Positions 28,438 to 36,940 of a stretch of 64,000 bases of DNA are shown piece by piece. Positions within the stretch are counted from its first letter, which is position 1; each line of letters opens with the position of its first letter. This DNA comes from Parcubacteria group bacterium Greene0416_36 (GTDB lineage: Bacteria; Patescibacteriota; Patescibacteriia; VMEV01): positions 50-64,049 of the forward strand of contig VMEV01000003.1 in NCBI GenBank assembly GCA_007375725.1, read 5' to 3'. The position numbers and the translations under genes were made by a program. Under the pieces are notes generated by a model. It was not told the origin of the DNA and searched no databases. It worked only from the letters and a program-made list of their open reading frames with translations.

Positions 28438-29211
28438 ATGGCTCACATCATTTCGCTCATCAATCAAAAAGGGGGGGTAGGGAAGACGACGACATCGATC
28501 AATCTTGCGGCGGCTCTAGCCATCGAAGGGAAAAAAGTCCTCCTCGTGGATCTCGATCCTCAGGCCAATGCGACATCGGGACTCGGTATTGATTACCGGA
28601 CCGTCGGGGGAGATATTTATTCGCTTCTATTGGGCAAAACCAAGCCCGAGGATTCCGTGTTTCAGACTACGGTCGAGAATTTGTACGTTCTCCCCGCCAC
28701 TCCGGAATTGGCCGGCGCGTCCGTGGATTTGGTCACTCAGGAAAAACGGGAATATCGGCTCGTCGAGCCTCTTGCTCATCTCTCCAATTATTTCGATTAT
28801 ATTCTGATCGACTGCCCGCCGTCTTTAGGACTCCTCACCATCAATGCTCTGACTGGTTCCGGTCAGATTTTGATCCCAGTTCAGGCTGAGTATTATGCTC
28901 TAGAAGGGATCGGTCAACTTTTGTCTACGGTTGGCTTGGTCCAAGAACATCTGGCTCCAAATCTTAAAATTTTAGGCGCGGTGGTGACCATGTATGATCG
29001 CCGCAACAAGCTGGCTCTGCAGGTTGTCAAAGAATTGGATCAGTATTTCCCCTACTATGTTTTTAAATCGTTTATCCCCAGAAATATTCGTCTGACCGAG
29101 GCGCCGAGCCATGGGAAGACGATTTTCGATTATTCTCCCGGATCCTTGGGCGCCATGGCGTACCGCAATTTAGGCGGAGAGATTATCGAGAAGTTGGGGA
29201 AATTAATATAA
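28438..29211 (+). CDS. parA: Chromosome partitioning ATPase ParA/Soj
   Basis: [30 protein letters not shown]. Confidence 0.96.
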   Translation: MAHIISLINQKGGVGKTTTSINLAAALAIEGKKVLLVDLDPQANATSGLGIDYRTVGGDIYSLLLGKTKPEDSVFQTTVENLYVLPATPELAGASVDLVTQEKREYRLVEPLAHLSNYFDYILIDCPPSLGLLTINALTGSGQILIPVQAEYYALEGIGQLLSTVGLVQEHLAPNLKILGAVVTMYDRRNKLALQVVKELDQYFPYYVFKSFIPRNIRLTEAPSHGKTIFDYSPGSLGAMAYRNLGGEIIEKLGKLI

Positions 29212-29236
29212 TTTTTTTAAGAATTTATCAATTTCT

Positions 29237-30115
29237 ATGTCCAATACCGGTTTAGGTCGCGGGCTGGGGGCCCTCATTCCCCGGCTTCCAAAATTAGAAC
29301 AAATTTCTTCTAGGAATGAACTCCTCAAAAGCGAAGAAGAGTCGGGTGTTCGCGTGGTCGAACTGCCCCTAGATGCGATTGTCCCCAATTCCGCCCAGCC
29401 GCGTACGGTATTTGATGAAGTCTCTTTGGCGGAACTCGCCTCCTCGATCCGTCAGTATGGAGTCTTGAGTCCGATCATTGTTGAGGAAGTGGGTTCTGGC
29501 AAATACGCCATCATTGCCGGCGAGCGCCGCTGGCGAGCCGCACGTCTGGCTGGCCTCGACACCATCCCCGCCATTGTCCGCGAAACCGGGGAGCAGGAGC
29601 GTCTCGAATTGGCTCTGGTTGAAAATATCCAGCGCCGAGATCTCGATGCTATCGAAGAAGCCATGGCCTATGACCGCCTCGGCTCGGAATTCGATCTTAC
29701 CCAAGAAGAAATCGCCGATCGCATGGGCAAAAGCCGCTCCCAGATCGCCAATTTTATTCGCCTTCTCGCTCTCCCCGAGGACATCCGTCGCGCCCTGCAG
29801 GAGGGAATGATCTCCGTGGGCCACGCAAAGGTGATTTTGGGAATGGAAGACGAAGAGTCTCAGCGTAATTTATTCCGCAAAATTTTGGAAAATGAACTCA
29901 GCGTCCGTGATGCCGAAGGCTTGGTGCCCGTCAAATCCACCTTCCGCCGCTCTGAAGGCAACCCGGCCGACCCCCGCTGGTCTGATTGGGAGCAGACCCT
30001 CTCCGAAGAACTCTCCGCCCGCGTCCTCATCTGCCGAAAAGGCAAATGCAATGAAATTCGAATCCAATGCGAACCGGAGGAACTCGAGGAGATTGTGGAG
30101 AAATTGAAGGAGTAA
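29237..30115 (+). CDS. parB: Chromosome partitioning protein ParB/Spo0J
   Basis: GLGRGLGALI, QPR, IAGERRWRA, ENIQR, HTH. Confidence 0.96.
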   Translation: MSNTGLGRGLGALIPRLPKLEQISSRNELLKSEEESGVRVVELPLDAIVPNSAQPRTVFDEVSLAELASSIRQYGVLSPIIVEEVGSGKYAIIAGERRWRAARLAGLDTIPAIVRETGEQERLELALVENIQRRDLDAIEEAMAYDRLGSEFDLTQEEIADRMGKSRSQIANFIRLLALPEDIRRALQEGMISVGHAKVILGMEDEESQRNLFRKILENELSVRDAEGLVPVKSTFRRSEGNPADPRWSDWEQTLSEELSARVLICRKGKCNEIRIQCEPEELEEIVEKLKE

Positions 30116-30123
30116 CGTGTTGG

Positions 30124-30175
30124 AAACGCAAAAATGTAGGGGCACAGCGCGCTGTGCCCCTACATTTTTGCGTTT
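30124..30175. repeat. GTAG-family REP palindrome with extended flanks
   Basis: AAACGCAAAAAT-GTAGGGGCACAGCGCGCTGTGCCCCTAC-ATTTTTGCGTTT. Confidence 0.9.
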
Positions 30176-30180
30176 CCCCC

Positions 30181-30209
30181 TTGACAAAATTCCCATTTTC
30201 GCCTATCCT
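30181..30209 (+). promoter_or_regulatory. sigma70-type promoter
   Basis: TTGACA-17 nt-TATCCT. Confidence 0.6.
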
Positions 30210-30316
30210 ATCCGTATTCTCTTCCCTGCGCTTGATATGGAGCATAATAGTTTGAAAAGGGAAGAGAGTTGCTGATTCGTGTTTTTTGATATTTTTTCTT
30301 TTGAAAGGGCTATCAG

Positions 30317-31483
30317 ATGCAGAATATTGTAAATTTGATAACTGCGTTTAAGGGGACATTGTCCCTGTTAGTTTGTCTTGTCATGCTTCTATTAGTACTC
30401 AAACGCATATTTGCGTTTGGGAAATGTCTTCCCCCTCAACAACTTACTGTGACTGAAGCGTCACAGGTCTCTCTTAACTGGACTCAACGATTTCGCATCG
30501 TTTTGAGCGGAGCTTCTGGTAAACCTAAAGGAGATTATTATTATGATGCTCAGCAATTGAAAATTGTGAAAGCGGAACTTCTCCTGCTCCAACAAGGAAA
30601 TAATAGAATAGAAGCCAAGTATTCTATTTTGTCTGGTCAGTGGACACAAGAGGTGGCTACTAATCAGGCATTGTCGCAGAAATTGGCAGAATCCAATGAC
30701 GAATTGAAACGTGTGATCGCTCAGTCCGCCATTTCAAAAGTCGCTCGAGAGAAAGAAGCGGGGGATTATGAATTGCTTGTTCTCTCATTGCAAGCTGATC
30801 TTGTTGGTACGTGCAATACCCTTAAGAATGCACAGGATTCTTTGGCCAAAGAGGCAACTGAAGTTACTCGCTTGAAGGAAGAGATCGTAGGCTGGAATAA
30901 AACGGTTGAAGGTCTCAATAATGAGTGTCGAAAATTGTCAGAACAAAATAAAGCCTTGGAAGTTCATCTCAAAAGCGCTGAATGTCATATAGAAGTTCGT
31001 GACGCAAAGATCGTGGAGATAAGGAAGGTTTTTCAGAAACAGGCTAACCTGTACTTTCAAGAGTATACCTATCAATTTCCGCATGACATAGGTCATGAGA
31101 TTCTTGAGGTATCTGGAGAAACCTCTGAAACACTTTATGATATTGAAGAGGCTCCAAAGGGTCAAAGCGTGTTGCAGAAACCACAGGAATGCAAGATATT
31201 CAAGCCCCTAACTAGAGAAGAGTGGGATAATCCTTTTCCTAGTGACATACATCCAGAGTGTACAATGGTTCGAGAGGCTTTTGAGAAAGATCAGAAGGAG
31301 CATGCTAGAAAATTTCTGGCTCAGCAGTTGCAGAATTCTAATTCTCATATTGCGAAACTCCACGGACAGGAAGGTCCAATCGAGCGACAGGGAGAGGGTG
31401 AAGATTCTGAGCCCGTGTTGGTAGAGGAAGTAACCACGGAGACAATCGTAGATATCGATCTACCAGATCGTCAAGAAGGCTAA
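30317..31483 (+). CDS. Membrane-anchored coiled-coil hypothetical protein
   Basis: N-terminal TM helix, heptad-rich middle, acidic tail; SD AAAGGG. Confidence 0.7.
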   Translation: MQNIVNLITAFKGTLSLLVCLVMLLLVLKRIFAFGKCLPPQQLTVTEASQVSLNWTQRFRIVLSGASGKPKGDYYYDAQQLKIVKAELLLLQQGNNRIEAKYSILSGQWTQEVATNQALSQKLAESNDELKRVIAQSAISKVAREKEAGDYELLVLSLQADLVGTCNTLKNAQDSLAKEATEVTRLKEEIVGWNKTVEGLNNECRKLSEQNKALEVHLKSAECHIEVRDAKIVEIRKVFQKQANLYFQEYTYQFPHDIGHEILEVSGETSETLYDIEEAPKGQSVLQKPQECKIFKPLTREEWDNPFPSDIHPECTMVREAFEKDQKEHARKFLAQQLQNSNSHIAKLHGQEGPIERQGEGEDSEPVLVEEVTTETIVDIDLPDRQEG

Positions 31484-31580
31484 AAGTTTCGAAACAATAT
31501 TTTTTTAGAAACCATTTTTGCAAAAGAGGCACTCTTAACCAAGAGCGCCTCTTTTTTCGCTTGTCGCGTGTTGGCTGTTG

Positions 31581-31620
31581 TCCCTCCCTTGTCAAAGGGA
31601 GGTTAGGAGGGATTTGTTGC
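31581..31620. repeat. Half copy of the CAACAAATCCC-family repeat overlapping the topA 3' end
   Basis: TCCCTCCCTTGTCAAAGGGAGGTTAGGAGGGATTTGTTGC. Confidence 0.85.
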
Positions 31621-33822
31621 TTCATAATCACACTCCTTACTCGAACACTTATTCTTGCCTTTACCCGCCAAAATGATCAAGGATGAGCACTTTGGACACT
31701 TCTCGCCCGTGGGTTTGTTCCAGAGGGAGAAGTCGCAGGCCGGGTATTTATTGCAGGAATAGAAAATCTTGCCGGTTTTGGTGCGTTTTTCGGCGATTTC
31801 TCCCAATCCGCATTTGGGGCAGGCAATGCCGGTGGTGATGGACATGATATTCTTGCATTCGGGGTAAGCCGAGCAGGCCAGGAATTTGCCGTATCGTCCC
31901 ATTTTTACAGCCATGGGAGCTCCGCACTTGTCGCAGATTTTGTCGGTTTTTTCCATTGGGGGCCGGCCGGATTCTTCGGAGCTGAGTTCGGCCGTGGTTT
32001 TGCATTCGGGGTAATTGGAACAGGCTAGAAATTTGCCAAACTTGCCGATTTTTTTGATCATGGGGGAGCCGCATTTGGGGCAGACTTTGTCGGTCGCTTC
32101 CTCGGTCAATTCTTTTTTGGAAACGGTTTTGTCTTTTTGCACAAGATTTTGTTTAAAAGGCTGGTAAAAATCATTGATCAGCGGCTGCCAGGATTTTTTG
32201 TCCTCAGCGATCATATCCAGATCTTCTTCCATCTTAGCCGTGAATTCAATGTCCACGATATTGGGGAAGTGCTGGACCAAGACTTTATTGACCAGCTCGC
32301 CGGTCTCGGTAGGCGCGAATTTTTTGTCCTCGTTTTTGATCACGTACCCGCGCGCCTGGATGGTATCGATGGTGGGCGCGTAAGTGGAAGGGCGGCCAAT
32401 GCCGTGTTCTTCGAGTATTTTGATGAGAGTGGCTTCCGAATATCGTGCCGGAGGTTCAGTGAAATGCTGTAGCGGCTCGATTTTATTGGCGGATAATTTA
32501 TCGCCTTCCTCCAGCTCGGGAAGAATTGATTCCTTGGTCATGGTCTTGTAGATTTTCAGGAACCCGTCGAATCGGAGGATCACGCCATTGGCCCGGAATG
32601 AGTATACTCCCGCGCTGATATCCACCGCGGTTTGAGCGAGCACGGCGTCGGTCATTTGTGTGGCCACGGTCCTACGCCAAATCAGGTTGTAGAGCTTATA
32701 TTGGCGCGGTTCGAGCTGATCCTTGATGGATTCGGGCGTGCGTTCCACCGAGGTCGGGCGTATGGCCTCATGCGCTTCCTGGGCGGATTTGGATTTGGTC
32801 GTGTAGGTGAGAGCCTCGCTGGGCAGGTACTTGTCGCCCAGTTCACTCTTGATGTAGCTTCTCGACTGATCAATGATCTCGCGGGAGAGATTCACGGAAT
32901 CGGTTCTCATGTAGGTGATGAGACCCGTCGGATCGCCTTTGTCCAATTTAATACCCTCATAGAGCTGTTGGGCCAGTTTCATGGTTTGTTTGCTGGAGAA
33001 TCCCATTTTTTTGGAGGCTTCCTGTTGGAGGGTGCTGGTGGTGAAAGGGGGGAGGGGGTGTTTCTTCGTCTCTTTTTTCTCAATTTTCAAAATGGAATGA
33101 GGTTTATTTTTTACTTCCGCCAATATTGCTTCCGCGTCTTTGGCCGTGGCAATAGCGAATTTATCCAGTTTGTTGCCGTTTTTGGCATGGAGCAAGGCGG
33201 GGAAGGCCGACTCGTCCGTGGCTCCTATTTTTTTGAATAATCCTTCGACGGTCCAATATTCCTGGGGCAGGAATTTGCGTATCTCTTCCTCGCGCTCGCA
33301 TACCAGGCGAACCGCGACGGACTGCACGCGTCCTGCGGAGAGTCCGAAACGGATTTTTTTCCAGAGAAAGGGAGAGAGTTCGTAGCCCACCAAACGGTCG
33401 AGAACGCGCCGTGCCTGCTGGGCATCGACGAGGTGTGGATAAATGACGCGCGGGGTTTTGAGGGCCTCTTCTATGGCTTTTTTGGTGATTTCATGGAAAA
33501 CAATGCGTTTGGTTTTCGCGGGATCGAGGCCCAAGGCTTGGGACAGGTGCCAGGCTATCGCCTCACCTTCGCGGTCTTCGTCCGTTGCCAGAATCACCTC
33601 GCCCGAATTGGCGGTGAGCTCTTTGAGTTCGGCGAGCGTCGCCCGTGCCTTTTCGGGCACTTCGTACTGCGGCAGGAACCCGTGTTCGATGTCGATTCCC
33701 ATCTTGCTTTTGGGCAAATCGCGGATATGTCCCTTGGATGACCGCACGGTATAAGCCTTTGGCAGGAATTTGGAAATAGTTTTGGCCTTTGTCGGCGACT
33801 CCACGATAATAAGTGTTTTCAT
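31603..33822 (-). CDS. topA: DNA topoisomerase I with C-terminal Zn ribbons
   Basis: IVESPTKAKTI, ATDEDREGEAI, SAGRVQS, ITYMRTDS; start at ATG 33822. Confidence 0.97.
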   Translation of the reverse strand: MKTLIIVESPTKAKTISKFLPKAYTVRSSKGHIRDLPKSKMGIDIEHGFLPQYEVPEKARATLAELKELTANSGEVILATDEDREGEAIAWHLSQALGLDPAKTKRIVFHEITKKAIEEALKTPRVIYPHLVDAQQARRVLDRLVGYELSPFLWKKIRFGLSAGRVQSVAVRLVCEREEEIRKFLPQEYWTVEGLFKKIGATDESAFPALLHAKNGNKLDKFAIATAKDAEAILAEVKNKPHSILKIEKKETKKHPLPPFTTSTLQQEASKKMGFSSKQTMKLAQQLYEGIKLDKGDPTGLITYMRTDSVNLSREIIDQSRSYIKSELGDKYLPSEALTYTTKSKSAQEAHEAIRPTSVERTPESIKDQLEPRQYKLYNLIWRRTVATQMTDAVLAQTAVDISAGVYSFRANGVILRFDGFLKIYKTMTKESILPELEEGDKLSANKIEPLQHFTEPPARYSEATLIKILEEHGIGRPSTYAPTIDTIQARGYVIKNEDKKFAPTETGELVNKVLVQHFPNIVDIEFTAKMEEDLDMIAEDKKSWQPLINDFYQPFKQNLVQKDKTVSKKELTEEATDKVCPKCGSPMIKKIGKFGKFLACSNYPECKTTAELSSEESGRPPMEKTDKICDKCGAPMAVKMGRYGKFLACSAYPECKNIMSITTGIACPKCGLGEIAEKRTKTGKIFYSCNKYPACDFSLWNKPTGEKCPKCSSLIILAGKGKNKCSSKECDYEATNPS

Positions 33823-33927
33823 AATGCAATGATATTTTGTTGGAATAGTCTCAAAATTTAATATATAGACAAAGTGATTACTTGTCACTCGATGCGTGAT
33901 GTGGATTACGAAAATCAGCGCACTCAA

Positions 33928-34014
33928 CAACAAATCCCCCTCAGTCCCCCTTTGACAAGGGGGAGGCTGTTACCCCCTCCCTTGTCAAAGGGAGGGTTGG
34001 GGAGGGATTTGTTG
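33928..34014. repeat. CAACAAATCCC-family repeat, inverted orientation
   Basis: Reverse-complement match to the 7489 copy. Confidence 0.93.
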
Positions 34015-34143
34015 CTTTCAAAGTCGGCCAATTATGTTTTTTATTCCAGAATTTGTCAAATATGGATTTAAAATCCCGATAAGAATGTTACTTATCGGGG
34101 ACATGAATTTTAGGTGCATTTTGTTTTTTCCAGTTGCGATTTT

Positions 34144-34740
34144 TTAAGATATAAAGACAAAGAAGCAACACGTGAACGATAAAAAAAATCCGAATACTAC
34201 GTCCATGACACAATGCTGTTTGACCGCGACGGTGCTGATAGCAATGAGACTAGCCCAGAGGAAAAATACCATTCCTTTTTTCCAGCATCCCATAAAAAGA
34301 AAGATGAACGCCCCCGCAAAGGAGAGGGATACATGGGATGAAGGACATGCATTCTGCGGGCTGTCCAGTTTTTTCATGGGGAGATACAGATACTGTGTGA
34401 AAAAATCATGACAGTGGCTATGATCCCAATAAAATTTCGTGGGCCAGAAGAGGTAGATGAAAAATGACACGAAGATAATGAGACAATAGCCATAAAATGC
34501 TCGATACATTTGTTCCGGATGATCTGTCCACAGAATTACTAGCGCCAGTTTCAAAAAAAATGATAGATAAACTATCATCATCCAGGGGATGTAAGGTATT
34601 TTATGATCCCAAGAGAGTATCGGGACCTCGACTAAATCAAAGAAGCGGAAATGATTCGTCGGAAAATACGCTACTGAAGTGATTACCCCCAGCAATAGTA
34701 CAAAGAAAATTTTCTTGCGAAAGAACCGCGGTTTTGACAT
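34144..34740 (-). CDS. PAP2-superfamily membrane phosphatase/phosphotransferase
   Basis: NACPSSHV and STVAVKQHCVMDV motifs, several TM helices; SD GAGGAGG. Confidence 0.85.
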   Translation of the reverse strand: MSKPRFFRKKIFFVLLLGVITSVAYFPTNHFRFFDLVEVPILSWDHKIPYIPWMMIVYLSFFLKLALVILWTDHPEQMYRAFYGYCLIIFVSFFIYLFWPTKFYWDHSHCHDFFTQYLYLPMKKLDSPQNACPSSHVSLSFAGAFIFLFMGCWKKGMVFFLWASLIAISTVAVKQHCVMDVVFGFFLSFTCCFFVFIS

Positions 34741-34803
34741 GGCATCCTCCTCAAATAAAGGTGGAATTGTTCCCTATAATGATTCATTATAGGCATAGTT
34801 GCA

Positions 34804-35904
34804 TTAGGAAATCCAATATCGTCCTCCTCTGCTGATAATTGTTTTTCTCATCTCCATTTTCGTGATGATTCCCAAGAGCTCGCCATACGGAATACTGCTG
34901 GAGATGAGGAGTTCATCCAGAGTAGGGGAATCGTGGAGGAGGGAGAGTATTTTTTTCTCTTCGGCGGATAATTCGATCGGGATCGCGAGAGGGAGACTTG
35001 ATTGAGCACCGGGAGAAGTCTTTTCTAGCGTGAAGAGTTCATTCAAATCCTCGAGAGACGCGATCACTGCGGCTCCACTAGCCAGGAGCCGGTTGGTTCC
35101 CGCGGACTGGGGGCGGGTGATGTCTCCGGGGACCGCGTAGACATTGCGATTCTGTTCGAGGGCGAATCGGGCGGTGATGAGGGCTCCGGAATCTTTGGGG
35201 GCCTCGACGATGATGGTATCGGCTGCGAGTCCGGAAATGATCCGATTTCTCCGTACAAAATTGGCGGGATGCATGCTCGAGAGCGGGGGATACTCAGACA
35301 AGAGCAGTCCTTTCTCAGCGATTTGTCGTGCTAATCCTTGGTTCTTGGCGGGGGATATCTCTCGCTCCACGAGCGGATTGCCCAAGACCGCTATGGTCCG
35401 GCCCCCATGCTCCATTGCTTTTTGGTGGGCCACGGTATCGATCCCTGTGGCGAGGCCGCTGACAATAGAAACCTCTTTTTTGGCGAGATATTCGGCAATC
35501 AAGCCCGCCATTTTCTCTCCATAGGGTGACGGTTTGCGAGTCCCCACTATGGCCGCGCGCTTTCCTTGAGAAGCGAGAGTGATATCTCCTTTATAAAAAA
35601 GGAGAGCTGGGGGAGAGGGAATTTCTGTCAAAATCTGTGGATAACTTTTATCCTGAATCGAGGTGATTTGGATTCGGGATTCGTCTAGTGCTTTAAATAG
35701 GGGCTTTGGGTCCAGTTTCATTTTTTGGATCTCATAATTTTCCAGGCATTTTCTGGGGAGATTGAGGGGCACGAGTTCTTTTCCTGCCGCTTCCCACGCG
35801 GTTTTCCCATCCGGAAAATGGCGCATGATTTTGGCCGTGGCGGCTGGGCCAAATCCGTCCAGAAAATAAAAAAGCGCCCAATAATACGAAGGTGGATACT
35901 CCAT
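34804..35904 (-). CDS. dprA: DNA processing protein DprA
   Basis: AIVGTR, IVSGLATGIDTVAH, RRNRIISGL, SGALITA. Confidence 0.96.
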   Translation of the reverse strand: MEYPPSYYWALFYFLDGFGPAATAKIMRHFPDGKTAWEAAGKELVPLNLPRKCLENYEIQKMKLDPKPLFKALDESRIQITSIQDKSYPQILTEIPSPPALLFYKGDITLASQGKRAAIVGTRKPSPYGEKMAGLIAEYLAKKEVSIVSGLATGIDTVAHQKAMEHGGRTIAVLGNPLVEREISPAKNQGLARQIAEKGLLLSEYPPLSSMHPANFVRRNRIISGLAADTIIVEAPKDSGALITARFALEQNRNVYAVPGDITRPQSAGTNRLLASGAAVIASLEDLNELFTLEKTSPGAQSSLPLAIPIELSAEEKKILSLLHDSPTLDELLISSSIPYGELLGIITKMEMRKTIISRGGRYWIS

Positions 35905-35973
35905 AATGATATTGGCGCACAGGTGCTTTATTTCTTAGACAGATTATAGAAAGGAGAGTTTTAATTCAAGGGG

Positions 35974-36021
35974 GCATAAATATGTAGGGGCACAGCGCGC
36001 TGTGCCCCTACATATTTATGC
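35974..36021. repeat. GTAG-family REP palindrome with extended flanks
   Basis: GCATAAATAT-GTAGGGGCACAGCGCGCTGTGCCCCTAC-ATATTTATGC. Confidence 0.9.
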
Positions 36022-36023
36022 GT

Positions 36024-36052
36024 TTGACTTTTTTTCCCCGGAGATTTAAGAT
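36024..36052 (+). promoter_or_regulatory. sigma70-type promoter with no downstream ORF
   Basis: TTGACT-17 nt-TAAGAT. Confidence 0.6.
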
Positions 36053-36058
36053 AACAAG

Positions 36059-36291
36059 ATCCAGAAAAAATTATTTGTGACCGGTCTTGTTCTACTATTC
36101 AGATACGCCGTTGGATTTCCCTCCTAAACCAAGTTGCGCATCTGAGGTAGAACAAGTCTGGCCACATTTCTTTTAGTGAAATCAGTTCTGCCTGCTGTTT
36201 GAGGGTCAGATTCCCTCCTAACTGCACTCTCTCGGCGGCAGAACCGATTTCGCTAAACAAAAAAACTGCGGAATTATCCGGAGGTTTTTTG
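36059..36291 (+). ncRNA. Candidate sRNA: two long hairpins with a shared UUCCCUCCUAA loop, then a terminator
   Basis: Hairpins 36076-36166 and 36172-36257; identical loop 11-mer; upstream promoter; hairpin plus T-run at 36258-36291. Confidence 0.6.
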
Positions 36292-36298
36292 TTTTGAG

Positions 36299-36385
36299 CA
36301 ACAAATCCCTCCTCAACCCTCCCTTTGACAAGGGAGGGGGTAGCAGCCTCCCCCTTGTCAAAGGGGGATTGAGGGGGATTTCTTG
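36299..36385. repeat. CAACAAATCCC-family repeat overlapping the pth 3' end
   Basis: Near-identical copy; supplies the last pth codons and its TGA. Confidence 0.92.
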
Positions 36386-36933
36386 TTAAACCTATTCATC
36401 GTCCCCTCCAGCCCCTTTTCCAACAGATGCACCACCGAATCATGGCATTTCTTAACAATATCTGGCAGTTTTTTTTCCTCTTCCGCCGAGAAATTATCCA
36501 GCACAAATGAAAGTGCTTTATGGGTATTGGCTTCGGGCCGTATGCCCACTTTGAGCTGAGTCATCTCTTTACTTCCCAGAAGATCGATGATCGACTGCAT
36601 GCCTTTTTGTCCGCCAGAGCCGGAAGCGCTCACCCATTTGATCTGTCCAAAAGCCAGATCCGCGTCATCTCGGACCACTACCAATTGGGGGATCGGGATT
36701 TTGTAGAAGCTAAGCGAGGCGGCAATGGATTTGCCGGAATCATTCATGTAGGTATGAGGTTTGAGAAAAACATGTGTTTCTTGGCCGAGTGACAGAGAGG
36801 CTATTTCTCCATGGAATTCATTTTTGTTTTCCCAGTCCAAGGAAAACAAATCCAATACCCGCCAAGCGATATTATGACGAGTAAAAGCATATTTTGGGCC
36901 GGGGTTCCCCAGTCCCGCCACAAGATATTTCAT
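36358..36933 (-). CDS. pth: Peptidyl-tRNA hydrolase
   Basis: GLGNPG.KY..TRHN, KPHTYMNDSG. Confidence 0.94.
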   Translation of the reverse strand: MKYLVAGLGNPGPKYAFTRHNIAWRVLDLFSLDWENKNEFHGEIASLSLGQETHVFLKPHTYMNDSGKSIAASLSFYKIPIPQLVVVRDDADLAFGQIKWVSASGSGGQKGMQSIIDLLGSKEMTQLKVGIRPEANTHKALSFVLDNFSAEEEKKLPDIVKKCHDSVVHLLEKGLEGTMNRFNKKSPSIPL

Positions 36934-36940
36934 AGTTGGT

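Noticed and set aside
28300-30320. parS site or replication origin near parAB
   Set aside because: No GTTTCACGTGAAAC-like palindrome or DnaA-box cluster seen
33823-33933. ORF-track N-terminal extensions of topA (also ZIP 14058, ydjM-like 21995, rpsU 41985, pepA 19511)
   Set aside because: Extensions run through intergenic or repeat DNA; family homology begins at downstream starts
36059-36291. SRP RNA, 6S RNA or a known riboswitch
   Set aside because: No SRP helix-8 motif, two separate hairpins rather than one rod with a central bubble, and no riboswitch consensus recognised by eye
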